35,610 nucleotides of DNA from Trichosphaerium sp. ATCC 40318 (taxonomy: Eukaryota; Protista; Tubulinea), in assembly GCA_038496445.1 (NCBI GenBank), contig JALMLS010000338.1, positions 1 through 35,610 on the forward strand, in the 5' to 3' direction. Shown one piece after another: positions 23,307 to 34,551 of the stretch. Position 1 is the first letter of the stretch. Each line of letters begins with the position of its first letter. Made by a program: the position numbers and the translations under genes. Under the pieces are notes generated by a model that saw nothing but the letters and a program-made list of their open reading frames with translations, was not told the DNA's origin and ran no database searches.

Positions 23307-23815
23307 ATAAACATAAGTACACCATCAGCAGTATTCTTTTGAGCTAATTCAGAATAAACTTCAGCTTCATACAATTAAAATTGTCCAAAGTCAAACTCTA
23401 AAAACATCCTTCTGTTTATACGTACTAAAGTACAAACTGTTCCCATTAAACATATTCAAAGGAACATTTTGAGATGTGGGATTATGATCAGTTGAGTTTT
23501 TGATTGTAGGTTAAAATACGGTCTTGAGAAACCTTGGAAATAGTCAAAAAAAGGAAAATGACAACAGCAAATCAAAAGTCTAATTGAAAAACTAGCTTCA
23601 CTTTGTGAAGAAAACGGACTACACGTCTCAACTCAATACGTTCGTTGGGAATCACCAAATTCACTCTGATTACATACGCCATAATGATAATGGTATAACA
23701 TAACCTTCACTATCGCAGGAGAACCGACCTTGCTTATAGATGACTCTTTAGGTAGCCAACATGGGTCTCCCGGGTAAATATCAACTCCTTCTTCTTCTCT
23801 CGTGTATCCTCGGCA
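23307..23815 (-). pseudogene. Degenerate CK1-like kinase, 5' part
   Basis: Minus-strand segments EEGVDIYPG..PAIVK|SEF.., ELRRVVRFL and GFSRPYF..LIIIPHL occur in the order of CK1 subdomains I-V, with putative short introns, stops and frameshifts. Confidence 0.35.
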
Positions 23816-24050
23816 TGTTCTTGTTTCACTTTGTTTACATAGCGTGATATAATTTGTGAACTCAAGATATCGTGATCAAGGTTCTTTGGGCAGTTAAAAG
23901 CAATGAGAGGCCCAACCAAAACTAATGAGAACATATCACTTTTTATTTTGATAATAGTTTTGGAAAGCATCACGTGCGTTTTTAAAAAACAGCTCAACTT
24001 ATAAAAAAACGCTTTATTACGCCAAATAATGCTTATTCCTTGTATAGTAA

Positions 24051-26428
24051 ATGACTTTGCGTTATTTCTGTACTTTCTTTTTCTTTTTTGCTCTTGCCGC
24101 ACCTACCCACAGTAGCACAAGTACGAATACCTATTCAGCGCAATATGACGTTTCATTAATTTTTACCAAATACCTTAGTCGTAACTTCAAGTGACCACGA
24201 TTGTGGCACTGACATGGATTGCTACTTGAACGAAGGACCAACCACGCTTATTCTCAATTCTACCGGATTAACTTTTTCTGCCGGCCTGTTTCAAGCACAA
24301 CTCAACGAAAGTATAGACATTTATGGTATGGACGCTTTTGGAAGGTTCTGTAACAAATTATTTAGCGTTAAATAAAGGCATAAATGTTTCATGCGCACTT
24401 CAAAGGCAAACGGTGATAGGGAATCAAAACATAAGTATCTCATTATCAGGGTTTACGTTTGATGGTTGTAAAATCAGATTGAGCGAGTTCACAAATGTCA
24501 CTGTAGAGTACGTTCATTACAAGTCTAGTTTATTGATCAATTGACATGTAGGGATATGGTAGTTACAGGCACAGAGAGTTCTATTCAAATATTTGACAGG
24601 TACACGTGATTTATTCGATTTTGTCACAATTAATGAGAAAAATAGTCGAAATGCTGCTGTTCGCAATTCACTTTTCCAAGAACTGTACGATGACAGAGGA
24701 AGATTTGCCGAAGCTTTGGGACTATGGATAGAAACAGTCGAAACAGTTTCTGTGAATAATTGTCATTTTCAACATAATTATAAAGGAGGAAGTCTTCTGC
24801 ACAGAATGACAGGAAGAGGTAATATTTGATTCCCGTTATTTTGTTTGATCGTAACTATTTAAGCATAGGAATTGTTGCTACATTCAGAACTGTTGATAGA
24901 GTACTTTGTGACTTTGTATAACAGGCTAAATATTCATACGCATTTATTTAGGTTACAATCAATTCTTGTTTGTTCAAGGACAATTATGTACTTGCAAGAG
25001 GTGGTATGTGAATCTTAGTCCTCATATATTCTCATTTATATATAGCACAATTTGAATACTATGTTTCAGTACTATACGCAAATTCAACTGATGTACAGAT
25101 AATAAACTCAACTTTCATTGATAATACTGTGGAAGAAGAAAAACCAATCAATGACAGATGTACTGGTACGCACGCCTAGCCAAGTATCATGTTAATTGCC
25201 TATTAGTTGGCTCATTGGTTTTGAGTGGTCTATCAAACGGTGGATCAGCAGTGATAGATTCTTGTGTATTTGAGAATATTACATGCGTGTAACGTCCTAC
25301 TTATTTAATAGCCAATAACTGATGACTGATCCAACGTAGAAAACAAGTACAAAATAATCCAATAACTACAAGATCCCCAGCATTGATAGGCTCTGATATG
25401 AACTTTATGATAAGGTACTCTATTGTTACACGTCAAGCATACTTAATTTCGTATTTAGAAATACAACAACATTCGAAAACAGCCTCAACAATAGTAATGC
25501 ACAAGCAATTGTATTGTACTAATTTATCAAATAGATACTGGAAGCGTTTTTGATTGTCCTTCAACACCAACAAATCTTACATGTGGCTACTCTGATATCA
25601 CCACGTATTTTGTAGATTGTCAAGCTAATGGTATAAATTATTTATATTTGCTCGCTTACAATGTTGAATAGTTACTTGCGAAGGCAAAACTTTCATTACC
25701 ACTCCTATAATATCGCCTACAACAGCACCAACAGTTGAACCGACAACTGTATCACCTACAGCTGCACCAACAGTTGGTAGTCTACCACCTGAAATAGTGC
25801 TGTCTAGTCCTTTGATAATAAATGGTGACTTTGTAAACTCAGAGATAGCAACAATTACTCCAGGAGGCTTTCTTCAAGTTGAAGGTATGTCTTGTATCAC
25901 AAGTTATTTAGCACACGTTTATTGGTTAATCTGATGTTTAGGATGTATTGTGATACCATCAAATACAACGTTCATCATTGACTTCACAAGTGATAATGAC
26001 ACAACAAGTGTTGGTGAGACAAGAAGAGAAGTAATACGAAGCAACAGTAACTGTATCAATGGTACTTTTACATTAGTATCACCAGAATGTGTATTGGCAA
26101 GAATTGAGCGGACTCTTTCATCGTATGCTTTTTAGTTTTGCACTGATCTCTAACTTTTGTTAGCATAATTGTTATCACATCTAGAGCTGATAGTTGTGAT
26201 AGCGGAGCATCAGTAAATGTTGGTTTGGTATTAGGTGTCATAGCCGGGATTTTTGTGTTCGTATGTGAATGATCATTTCTTTTTCTTGTTGTCATTTATT
26301 TTTCTCAAACTAAATTTGTATGGTAGATTGCTGTAGGCCTGATTATTGCTTTCTTTGTACCTAAGTTGAGACGAGCCATTTTCCCTTATACTTTAACAAC
26401 CAAGGAAGTAGAAATATCTTCTGTTTGA
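24051..26428 (+). CDS. Surface glycoprotein family copy 5, intact, 16 exons, ~550 aa type I membrane protein
   Basis: Signal peptide MTLRYFCTFFFFFALAAPTH; 15 GT-AG introns give an uninterrupted frame. Beta-helix-like repeats (VSVNNCHFQHN, VTINSCLFKDN, VQIINSTFIDN, AVIDSCVFENI), many N-x-S/T sequons, a PT stalk, TM VGLVLGVIAGIFVFIAVGLIIAFFV and tail PKLRRAIFPYTLTTKEVEISSV* (TGA 26426-26428). Confidence 0.88.
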
Positions 26429-27444
26429 ACCTAACAGTAAAATACTTATCGACCCAATCCATCTTCTGTCATTCAAATTAAAGTGACTTTTTTCCGCAAT
26501 GTAAAATGTCAAAAAATTTTGTCAAATGTCAAAGCTATGTCAAAACTTGGTGTATTCTTTCGCTCTGTGGTCAGATACCCCATTTTTTATCTTTTGTACA
26601 ACAGAAATTTAGATTTTGTCCACTACCCATGAAAGAAGCGTAACTGTATCAATTTTGCCACAACAAAACTTATCACATAGCATGGAAGAGTGACACAAGT
26701 GGGGTCAGTTTTAATGTAGAATGGACGCGTGCACTCTAATGTAATGAAAGAGTTAACACGGAAAATGAAGTTCAGGCTAACATTATAGCATGAGCATACC
26801 TTGTAGAGTAAAATCCAATCACCAGCGAACCACAAAAAGAAACTTGACCACGTGTTTTGTCTCTTTAGATACAACGCTAATGGTACCTAGCCATACCAGC
26901 AATCAAATATAGTCTACCTGCCATCTGTTGGACGCTTTACTTTTTAGTACAATGACATTTACTAAACACTGTCGATGCCACGTAAGTAGTACATTGCGGG
27001 TGATGACAATAATTGAACATCACATGTAGTATTTTAGTTGTACTTGTTGCAACTTCTATCCAGAGTATGTATGCTACGCTGTACGCGTATTAGTACGCGT
27101 CATGAACAGATTCAAGCGATATAAGTGTAAAGGTGGCAAAATGAAGACGAAAAGCTTTAAACAATTCTTAAACTCCTTGACACGCACTTTAATGACGTAT
27201 TTTACCAAAAGCAACGAATAATAAGCCACCTAAATGTGTTTTAACATGGTGTCTACTTACAAACCAATAAACTGTTGTTCATACTGCTTACGCAGGCTGT
27301 GTTAATTTTTAAGCGAAGAACTTTCTTAACGATTTTCGTGTATTGTAAATTTACTTTTATTTGGCAAGTACAAGACGCTCTAGGCGTAAGCGTATTTATT
27401 AAGTGGATAAAGCGATCTCGTGGAAACTCCGTTTGAACTTCCGG

Positions 27445-28919
27445 CCCATCGAGTCGTCATCAAAAAAGTCAACTTTTGTAAACCCAAAAATTGTGGATTT
27501 CACAATAAAGAATACGTAACTCCCCAATGTTGCAACAACGCCGTGGCTTTTCCAAGTACTATGACAAACGCCCAAAGGAGCGCGTGTTGAAACGGTCAAA
27601 CAGAGAATCCATACAGTATGTACTTCATAACATCTGCGATACTGGCAACTAATATTTCTTTGGGCTCCGATTTTGACAGCAGCATTGAAGCCTTAAGGAT
27701 TTACCTATGTTGACTATCCCGTGTTAGACGTTTAGACTAAACTTAAAAAGCAACGTAACATTTTTGGTATTGGAAAAGCCAAGACACCAATGGCATTTTT
27801 CACCTTCAAGTGGGAAAATAAGATTTTTGAAAACTTGTTATTCACAAGCACATATGAACACCATCACACTGACCTAAAAAATGGGATCACTACCCATATG
27901 ACGAACTTCTCTGGCATAGTGATATGGCATGGGATTATTGGAATACAGAATATTCGCACATTGTGGAGCACAGGTGAAGCACAAATTTTATTTACTGGGA
28001 AAACAGGTTTGTATCAACTTAATCACTACTTCAACATCTCTGCCAATATGAAATTTGATGCTAACATGGTACATTCATTTCTAGTGATTGTCTTTAAGCG
28101 CCACATGGTACCAGGTTATTTCACTTGTGCTGATGAAATCTGTATTCCATCATAATATTTCAAGTGCCATATAAAAACTCACAACACTAAGAAACCATAC
28201 GCATGGGCCATAGAATTGAAGTGTCTTGATGATTCGAACTAGGTATCTGATTGACTTTATCAATGCTTTGATATAGCCTCATCTCACACCAAATGAATCC
28301 TTCCTTCATGTGCAAAATGGTCGAAAACAATTGGAAGGTGCCATTTTTTTTACATGTGACTCTAATTTTTGTTCAGCCATGGATCTCAACAAGCTGGGGG
28401 AATTTAACTTAGACGCTACTTCATCATGTAATGCCAACCACTATCGGTGGCCTTGAAGCAATCACTTGCAAAAAAAGTGCCTGTGGGATACACAAGATTG
28501 GCACCATTGGACAAAACTGTTGCCGTTGCAACAAATAACAATGAAATCGTAAAGTTGGCCACCACTCTCTACTGTGTGCATGATGACAAAAGTTCATTTG
28601 ACAGTAGCAATAAAAGGTATGTTCAAAAATAAAAATGATGACACCAAGGGAAATAGTGATCAATTTGGCCAGCTGGTCAAGTCCTATTGTACAGATAGGC
28701 GGTTCAAAAAAAGGAACATGACACTTCTTGTTGGTTGGTTTTACTACACCCTCACAACTGCTTTTATTCTGTATAAGTGTCAAGACGGAATCCTTACTCC
28801 CAAAGGTTTTTTACAAGAAATTGCAACGGAATTGCTTCTCACAGGGACAGGAAAATAACCTCCTAATAAATTTGTGACAGTTTTTTTTTTCTTGTGATTT
28901 TTCATGACGACTCCTTTGG
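27445..28919 (+). mobile_element. piggyBac-like DNA transposon (decayed), ~1.5 kb, imperfect TIRs
   Basis: Left end CCCATCGAGTCGTCATCAAAAA versus reverse complement of right end CCAAAGGAGTCGTCATGAAAAA (18/22 match); CCGG on both sides; contains a transposase pseudogene. Confidence 0.8.
27790..28858 (+). pseudogene. piggyBac-type DDD transposase pseudogene
   Basis: FSGIVIWHG..RTLWS; PGYFTCADEICIP; KKPYAWAIELKCLDDS; CDSNFCS; HDDK; KGNSDQFGQLVKSY; AFILYK..FLQEIATELL. These are piggyBac (DDE_Tnp_1_7) motifs interrupted by stops and frameshifts. Confidence 0.85.
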
Positions 28920-29232
28920 CCGGAGGTGAGGTCTCAAAAGTACCTCAAGGAGTCATCTCTGCCATAAACATAATTCTAGCTTGAAGTCTCATGTCCTCAG
29001 CCTGCCACGCTCTTGTTTCCACTTTTTTGTACACAAAGCGTGATAGTATCGTGATCGAGGTTCTTTGGGCAGGTAAAAACAATGAGAGGTCCAACCAAAC
29101 TAATGAGAACGTATCACACCTTTTTTATTTTGGTAATAGTATTGGAAAGCATCACGTGCGTTTTAAAAAAAAAGATTACCTTTTTAAAAACAGCTTTATT
29201 ACGCCAAATAATGCTTATTCCTGCTATAGTAA

Positions 29233-29460
29233 ATGACTTCGCGTCATTTCTGTACTTTCTTTTTCTTTTTTGCTCTTGCTGCACTTACCAATGGTAACAC
29301 AAGTACGAATACCTATTCAGCGTGATATGACGTTTTATTAATTTGCCAAACATCTTAGTCGTAACTTCAAGTGACCACGTTTGTGGCACTGATATGGCGT
29401 GCTACGTGAGGCAAAGACCATCGGCGCTTATTCTCAATTCTACTGGGTTAAATTTCCCAT
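29233..29460 (+). pseudogene. Surface glycoprotein family copy 6: exon 1 and part of exon 2 (with its upstream region), cut at the inversion junction
   Basis: MTSRHFCTFFFFFALAALTNG.. then VTSSDHVCGTDMACYVRQRPSALILNSTGLNFP, followed by a switch to inverted transposase sequence. Confidence 0.8.
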
Positions 29461-30408
29461 CTTGTTTGAGATCCATGGCTGAACAAAAAATTAGAGTCAC
29501 ATGTAAAAAAAATGGCACCTTCCAATTGTTTTCGACCATTTTGCACATGAAGGAAGGATCATTTGGTGTGAGATGAGGCTATATCAAAGCATTGATAAAG
29601 TCAATCAATACCTAGTCGAATCATCAAGACACTTCAATTCTATGGCCCATGCGTATGGTTTCTTAGTGTTGTGAGTTTTTATATGGCACTTGAAATATTA
29701 TGATGGAATACAGATTTCATCAGCACAAGTGAAATAACCTGGTACCATGTGGCGCTTAAAGACAATCACTAGAAATGAATGTACCATGTTAGCATCAAAT
29801 TTCATATTGGCAGAGATGTTGAAGTAGTGATTAAGTTGATACAAACCTGTTTTCCCAGTAAATAAAATTTGTGCTTCACCTGTGCTCCACAATGTGCGAA
29901 TATTCTGTATTCCAATAATCCCATGCCATATCACTATGCCAGAGAAGTTCGTCATATGGGTAGTGATCCCATTTTTTAGGTCAGTGTGATGGTGTTCATA
30001 TGTGCTTGTGAATAACAAGTTTTCAAAAATCTTATTTTCCCACTTGAAGGTGAAAAATGCCATTGGTGTCTTGGCTTTTCCAATACCAAAAATGTTACGT
30101 TGCTTTTTAAGTTTAGTCTAAACGTCTAACACGGGATAGTCAACATAGGTAAATCCTTAAGGCTTCAATGCTGCTGTCAAAATCGGAGCCCAAAGAAATA
30201 TTAGTTGCCAGTATCGCAGATGTTATGAAGTACATACTGTATGGATTCTCTGTTTGACCGTTTCAACACGCGCTCCTTTGGGCGTTTGTCATAGTACTTG
30301 GAAAAGCCACGGCGTTGTTGCAACATTGGGGAGTTACGTATTCTTTATTGTGAAATCCACAATTTTTGGGTTTACAAAAGTTGACTTTTTTGATGACGAC
30401 TCGATGGG
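29461..30408 (-). mobile_element. Mirror copy of the left part of the piggyBac-like element
   Basis: Identical 121-aa ORF at 29698-30063 (-); left TIR at 30387-30408. Confidence 0.85.
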
Positions 30409-31425
30409 CCGGAAGTTCAAACGGAGTTTCCACGAGATCGCTTTATCCACTTAATAAATACGCTTACGCCTAGAGCGTCTTGTACTTGCCAAATAAAAGT
30501 AAATTTACAATACACGAAAATCGTTAAGAAAGTTCTTCGCTTAAAAATTAACACAGCCTGCGTAAGCAGTATGAACAACAGTTTATTGGTTTGTAAGTAG
30601 ACACCATGTTAAAACACATTTAGGTGGCTTATTATTCGTTGCTTTTGGTAAAATACGTCATTAAAGTGCGTGTCAAGGAGTTTAAGAATTGTTTAAAAGC
30701 TTTTCGTCTTCATTTTGCCACCTTTACACTTATATCGCTTGAATCTGTTCATGACGCGTACTAATACGCGTACAGCGTAGCATACATACTCTGGATAGAA
30801 GTTGCAACAAGTACAACTAAAATACTACATGTGATGTTCAATTATTGTCATCACCCGCAATGTACTACTTACGTGGCATCGACAGTGTTTAGTAAATGTC
30901 ATTGTACTAAAAAGTAAAGCGTCCAACAGATGGCAGGTAGACTATATTTGATTGCTGGTATGGCTAGGTACCATTAGCGTTGTATCTAAAGAGACAAAAC
31001 ACGTGGTCAAGTTTCTTTTTGTGGTTCGCTGGTGATTGGATTTTACTCTACAAGGTATGCTCATGCTATAATGTTAGCCTGAACTTCATTTTCCGTGTTA
31101 ACTCTTTCATTACATTAGAGTGCACGCGTCCATTCTACATTAAAACTGACCCCACTTGTGTCACTCTTCCATGCTATGTGATAAGTTTTGTTGTGGCAAA
31201 ATTGATACAGTTACGCTTCTTTCATGGGTAGTGGACAAAATCTAAATTTCTGTTGTACAAAAGATAAAAAATGGGGTATCTGACCACAGAGCGAAAGAAT
31301 ACACCAAGTTTTGACATAGCTTTGACATTTGACAAAATTTTTTGACATTTTACATTGCGGAAAAAAGTCACTTTAATTTGAATGACAGAAGATGGATTGG
31401 GTCGATAAGTATTTTACTGTTAGGT

Positions 31426-33803
31426 TCAAACAGAAGATATTTCTACTTCCTTGGTTGTTAAAGTATAAGGGAAAATGGCTCGTCTCAACTTAGGTACAAA
31501 GAAAGCAATAATCAGGCCTACAGCAATCTACCATACAAATTTAGTTTGAGAAAAATAAATGACAACAAGAAAAAGAAATGATCATTCACATACGAACACA
31601 AAAATCCCGGCTATGACACCTAATACCAAACCAACATTTACTGATGCTCCGCTATCACAACTATCAGCTCTAGATGTGATAACAATTATGCTAACAAAAG
31701 TTAGAGATCAGTGCAAAACTAAAAAGCATACGATGAAAGAGTCCGCTCAATTCTTGCCAATACACATTCTGGTGATACTAATGTAAAAGTACCATTGATA
31801 CAGTTACTGTTGCTTCGTATTACTTCTCTTCTTGTCTCACCAACACTTGTTGTGTCATTATCACTTGTGAAGTCAATGATGAACGTTGTATTTGATGGTA
31901 TCACAATACATCCTAAACATCAGATTAACCAATAAACGTGTGCTAAATAACTTGTGATACAAGACATACCTTCAACTTGAAGAAAGCCTCCTGGAGTAAT
32001 TGTTGCTATCTCTGAGTTTACAAAGTCACCATTTATTATCAAAGGACTAGACAGCACTATTTCAGGTGGTAGACTACCAACTGTTGGTGCAGCTGTAGGT
32101 GATACAGTTGTCGGTTCAACTGTTGGTGCTGTTGTAGGCGATATTATAGGAGTGGTAATGAAAGTTTTGCCTTCGCAAGTAACTATTCAACATTGTAAGC
32201 GAGCAAATATAAATAATTTATACCATTAGCTTGACAATCTACAAAATACGTGGTGATATCAGAGTAGCCACATGTAAGATTTGTTGGTGTTGAAGGACAA
32301 TCAAAAACGCTTCCAGTATCTATTTGATAAATTAGTACAATACAATTGCTTGTGCATTACTATTGTTGAGGCTGTTTTCGAATGTTGTTGTATTTCTAAA
32401 TACGAAATTAAGTATGCTTGACGTGTAACAATAGAGTACCTTATCATAAAGTTCATATCAGAGCCTATCAATGCTGGGGATCTTGTAGTTATTGGATTAT
32501 TTTGTACTTGTTTTCTACGTTGGATCAGTCATCAGTTATTGGCTATTAAATAAGTAGGACGTTACACGCATGTAATATTCTCAAATACACAAGAATCTAT
32601 CACTGCTGATCCACCGTTTGATAGACCACTCAAAACCAATGAGCCAACTAATAGGCAATTAACATGATACTTGGCTAGGCGTGCGTACCAGTACATCTGT
32701 CATTGATTGGTTTTTCTTCTTCCACAGTATTATCAATGAAAGTTGAGTTTATTATCTGTACATCAGTTGAATTTGCGTATAGTACTGAAACATAGTATTC
32801 AAATTGTGCTATATATAAATGAGAATATATGAGGACTAAGATTCACATACCACCTCTTGCAAGTACATAATTGTCCTTGAACAAACAAGAATTGATTGTA
32901 ACCTAAATAAATGCGTATGAATATTTAGCCTGTTATACAAAGTCACAAAGTACTCTATCAACAGTTCTGAATGTAGCAACAATTCCTATGCTTAAATAGT
33001 TACGATCAAACAAAATAACGGGAATCAAATATTACCTCTTCCTGTCATTCTGTGCAGAAGACTTCCTCCTTTATAATTATGTTGAAAATGACAATTATTC
33101 ACAGAAACTGTTTCGACTGTTTCTATCCATAGTCCCAAAGCTTCGGCAAATCTTCCTCTGTCATCGTACAGTTCTTGGAAAAGTGAATTGCGAACAGCAG
33201 CATTTCGACTATTTTTCTCATTAATTGTGACAAAATCGAATAAATCACGTGTACCTGTCAAATATTTGAATAGAACTCTCTGTGCCTGTAACTACCATAT
33301 CCCTACATGTCAATTGATCAATAAACTAGACTTGTAATGAACGTACTCTACAGTGACATTTGTGAACTCGCTCAATCTGATTTTACAACCATCAAACGTA
33401 AACCCTGATAATGAGATACTTATGTTTTGATTCCCTATCACCGTTTGCCTTTGAAGTGCGCATGAAACATTTATGCCTTTATTTAACGCTAAATAATTTG
33501 TTACAGAACCTTCCAAAAGCGTCCATACCATAAATGTCTATACTTTCGTTGAGTTGTGCTTGAAACAGGCCGGCAGAAAAAGTTAATCCGGTAGAATTGA
33601 GAATAAGCGTGGTTGGTCCTTCGTTCAAGTAGCAATCCATGTCAGTGCCACAATCGTGGTCACTTGAAGTTACGACTAAGGTATTTGGTAAAAATTAATG
33701 AAACGTCATATTGCGCTGAATAGGTATTCGTACTTGTGCTACTGTGGGTAGGTGCGGCAAGAGCAAAAAAGAAAAAGAAAGTACAGAAATAACGCAAAGT
33801 CAT
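31426..33803 (-). CDS. Surface glycoprotein family copy 7 (mirror of copy 5)
   Basis: Reverse complement of 24051-26428. Whether it exists in vivo depends on the inversion being real. Confidence 0.6.
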
Positions 33804-34551
33804 TTACTATACAAGGAATAAGCATTATTTGGCGTAATAAAGCGTTTTTTTATAAGTTGAGCTGTTTTTTAAAAACGCACGTGATGCTTTCCAAAACTAT
33901 TATCAAAATAAAAAGTGATATGTTCTCATTAGTTTTGGTTGGGCCTCTCATTGCTTTTAACTGCCCAAAGAACCTTGATCACGATATCTTGAGTTCACAA
34001 ATTATATCACGCTATGTAAACAAAGTGAAACAAGAACATGCCGAGGATACACGAGAGAAGAAGAAGGAGTTGATATTTACCCGGGAGACCCATGTTGGCT
34101 ACCTAAAGAGTCATCTATAAGCAAGGTCGGTTCTCCTGCGATAGTGAAGGTTATGTTATACCATTATCATTATGGCGTATGTAATCAGAGTGAATTTGGT
34201 GATTCCCAACGAACGTATTGAGTTGAGACGTGTAGTCCGTTTTCTTCACAAAGTGAAGCTAGTTTTTCAATTAGACTTTTGATTTGCTGTTGTCATTTTC
34301 CTTTTTTTGACTATTTCCAAGGTTTCTCAAGACCGTATTTTAACCTACAATCAAAAACTCAACTGATCATAATCCCACATCTCAAAATGTTCCTTTGAAT
34401 ATGTTTAATGGGAACAGTTTGTACTTTAGTACGTATAAACAGAAGGATGTTTTTAGAGTTTGACTTTGGACAATTTTAATTGTATGAAGCTGAAGTTTAT
34501 TCTGAATTAGCTCAAAAGAATACTGCTGATGGTGTACTTATGTTTATTCTA

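Noticed and set aside
23734-24102. 122-aa minus-strand ORF (and its mirror at 33752-34120)
   Set aside because: It runs antisense through the promoter and exon 1 of copy 5, has a non-ATG start and is not preserved at paralogous promoters.
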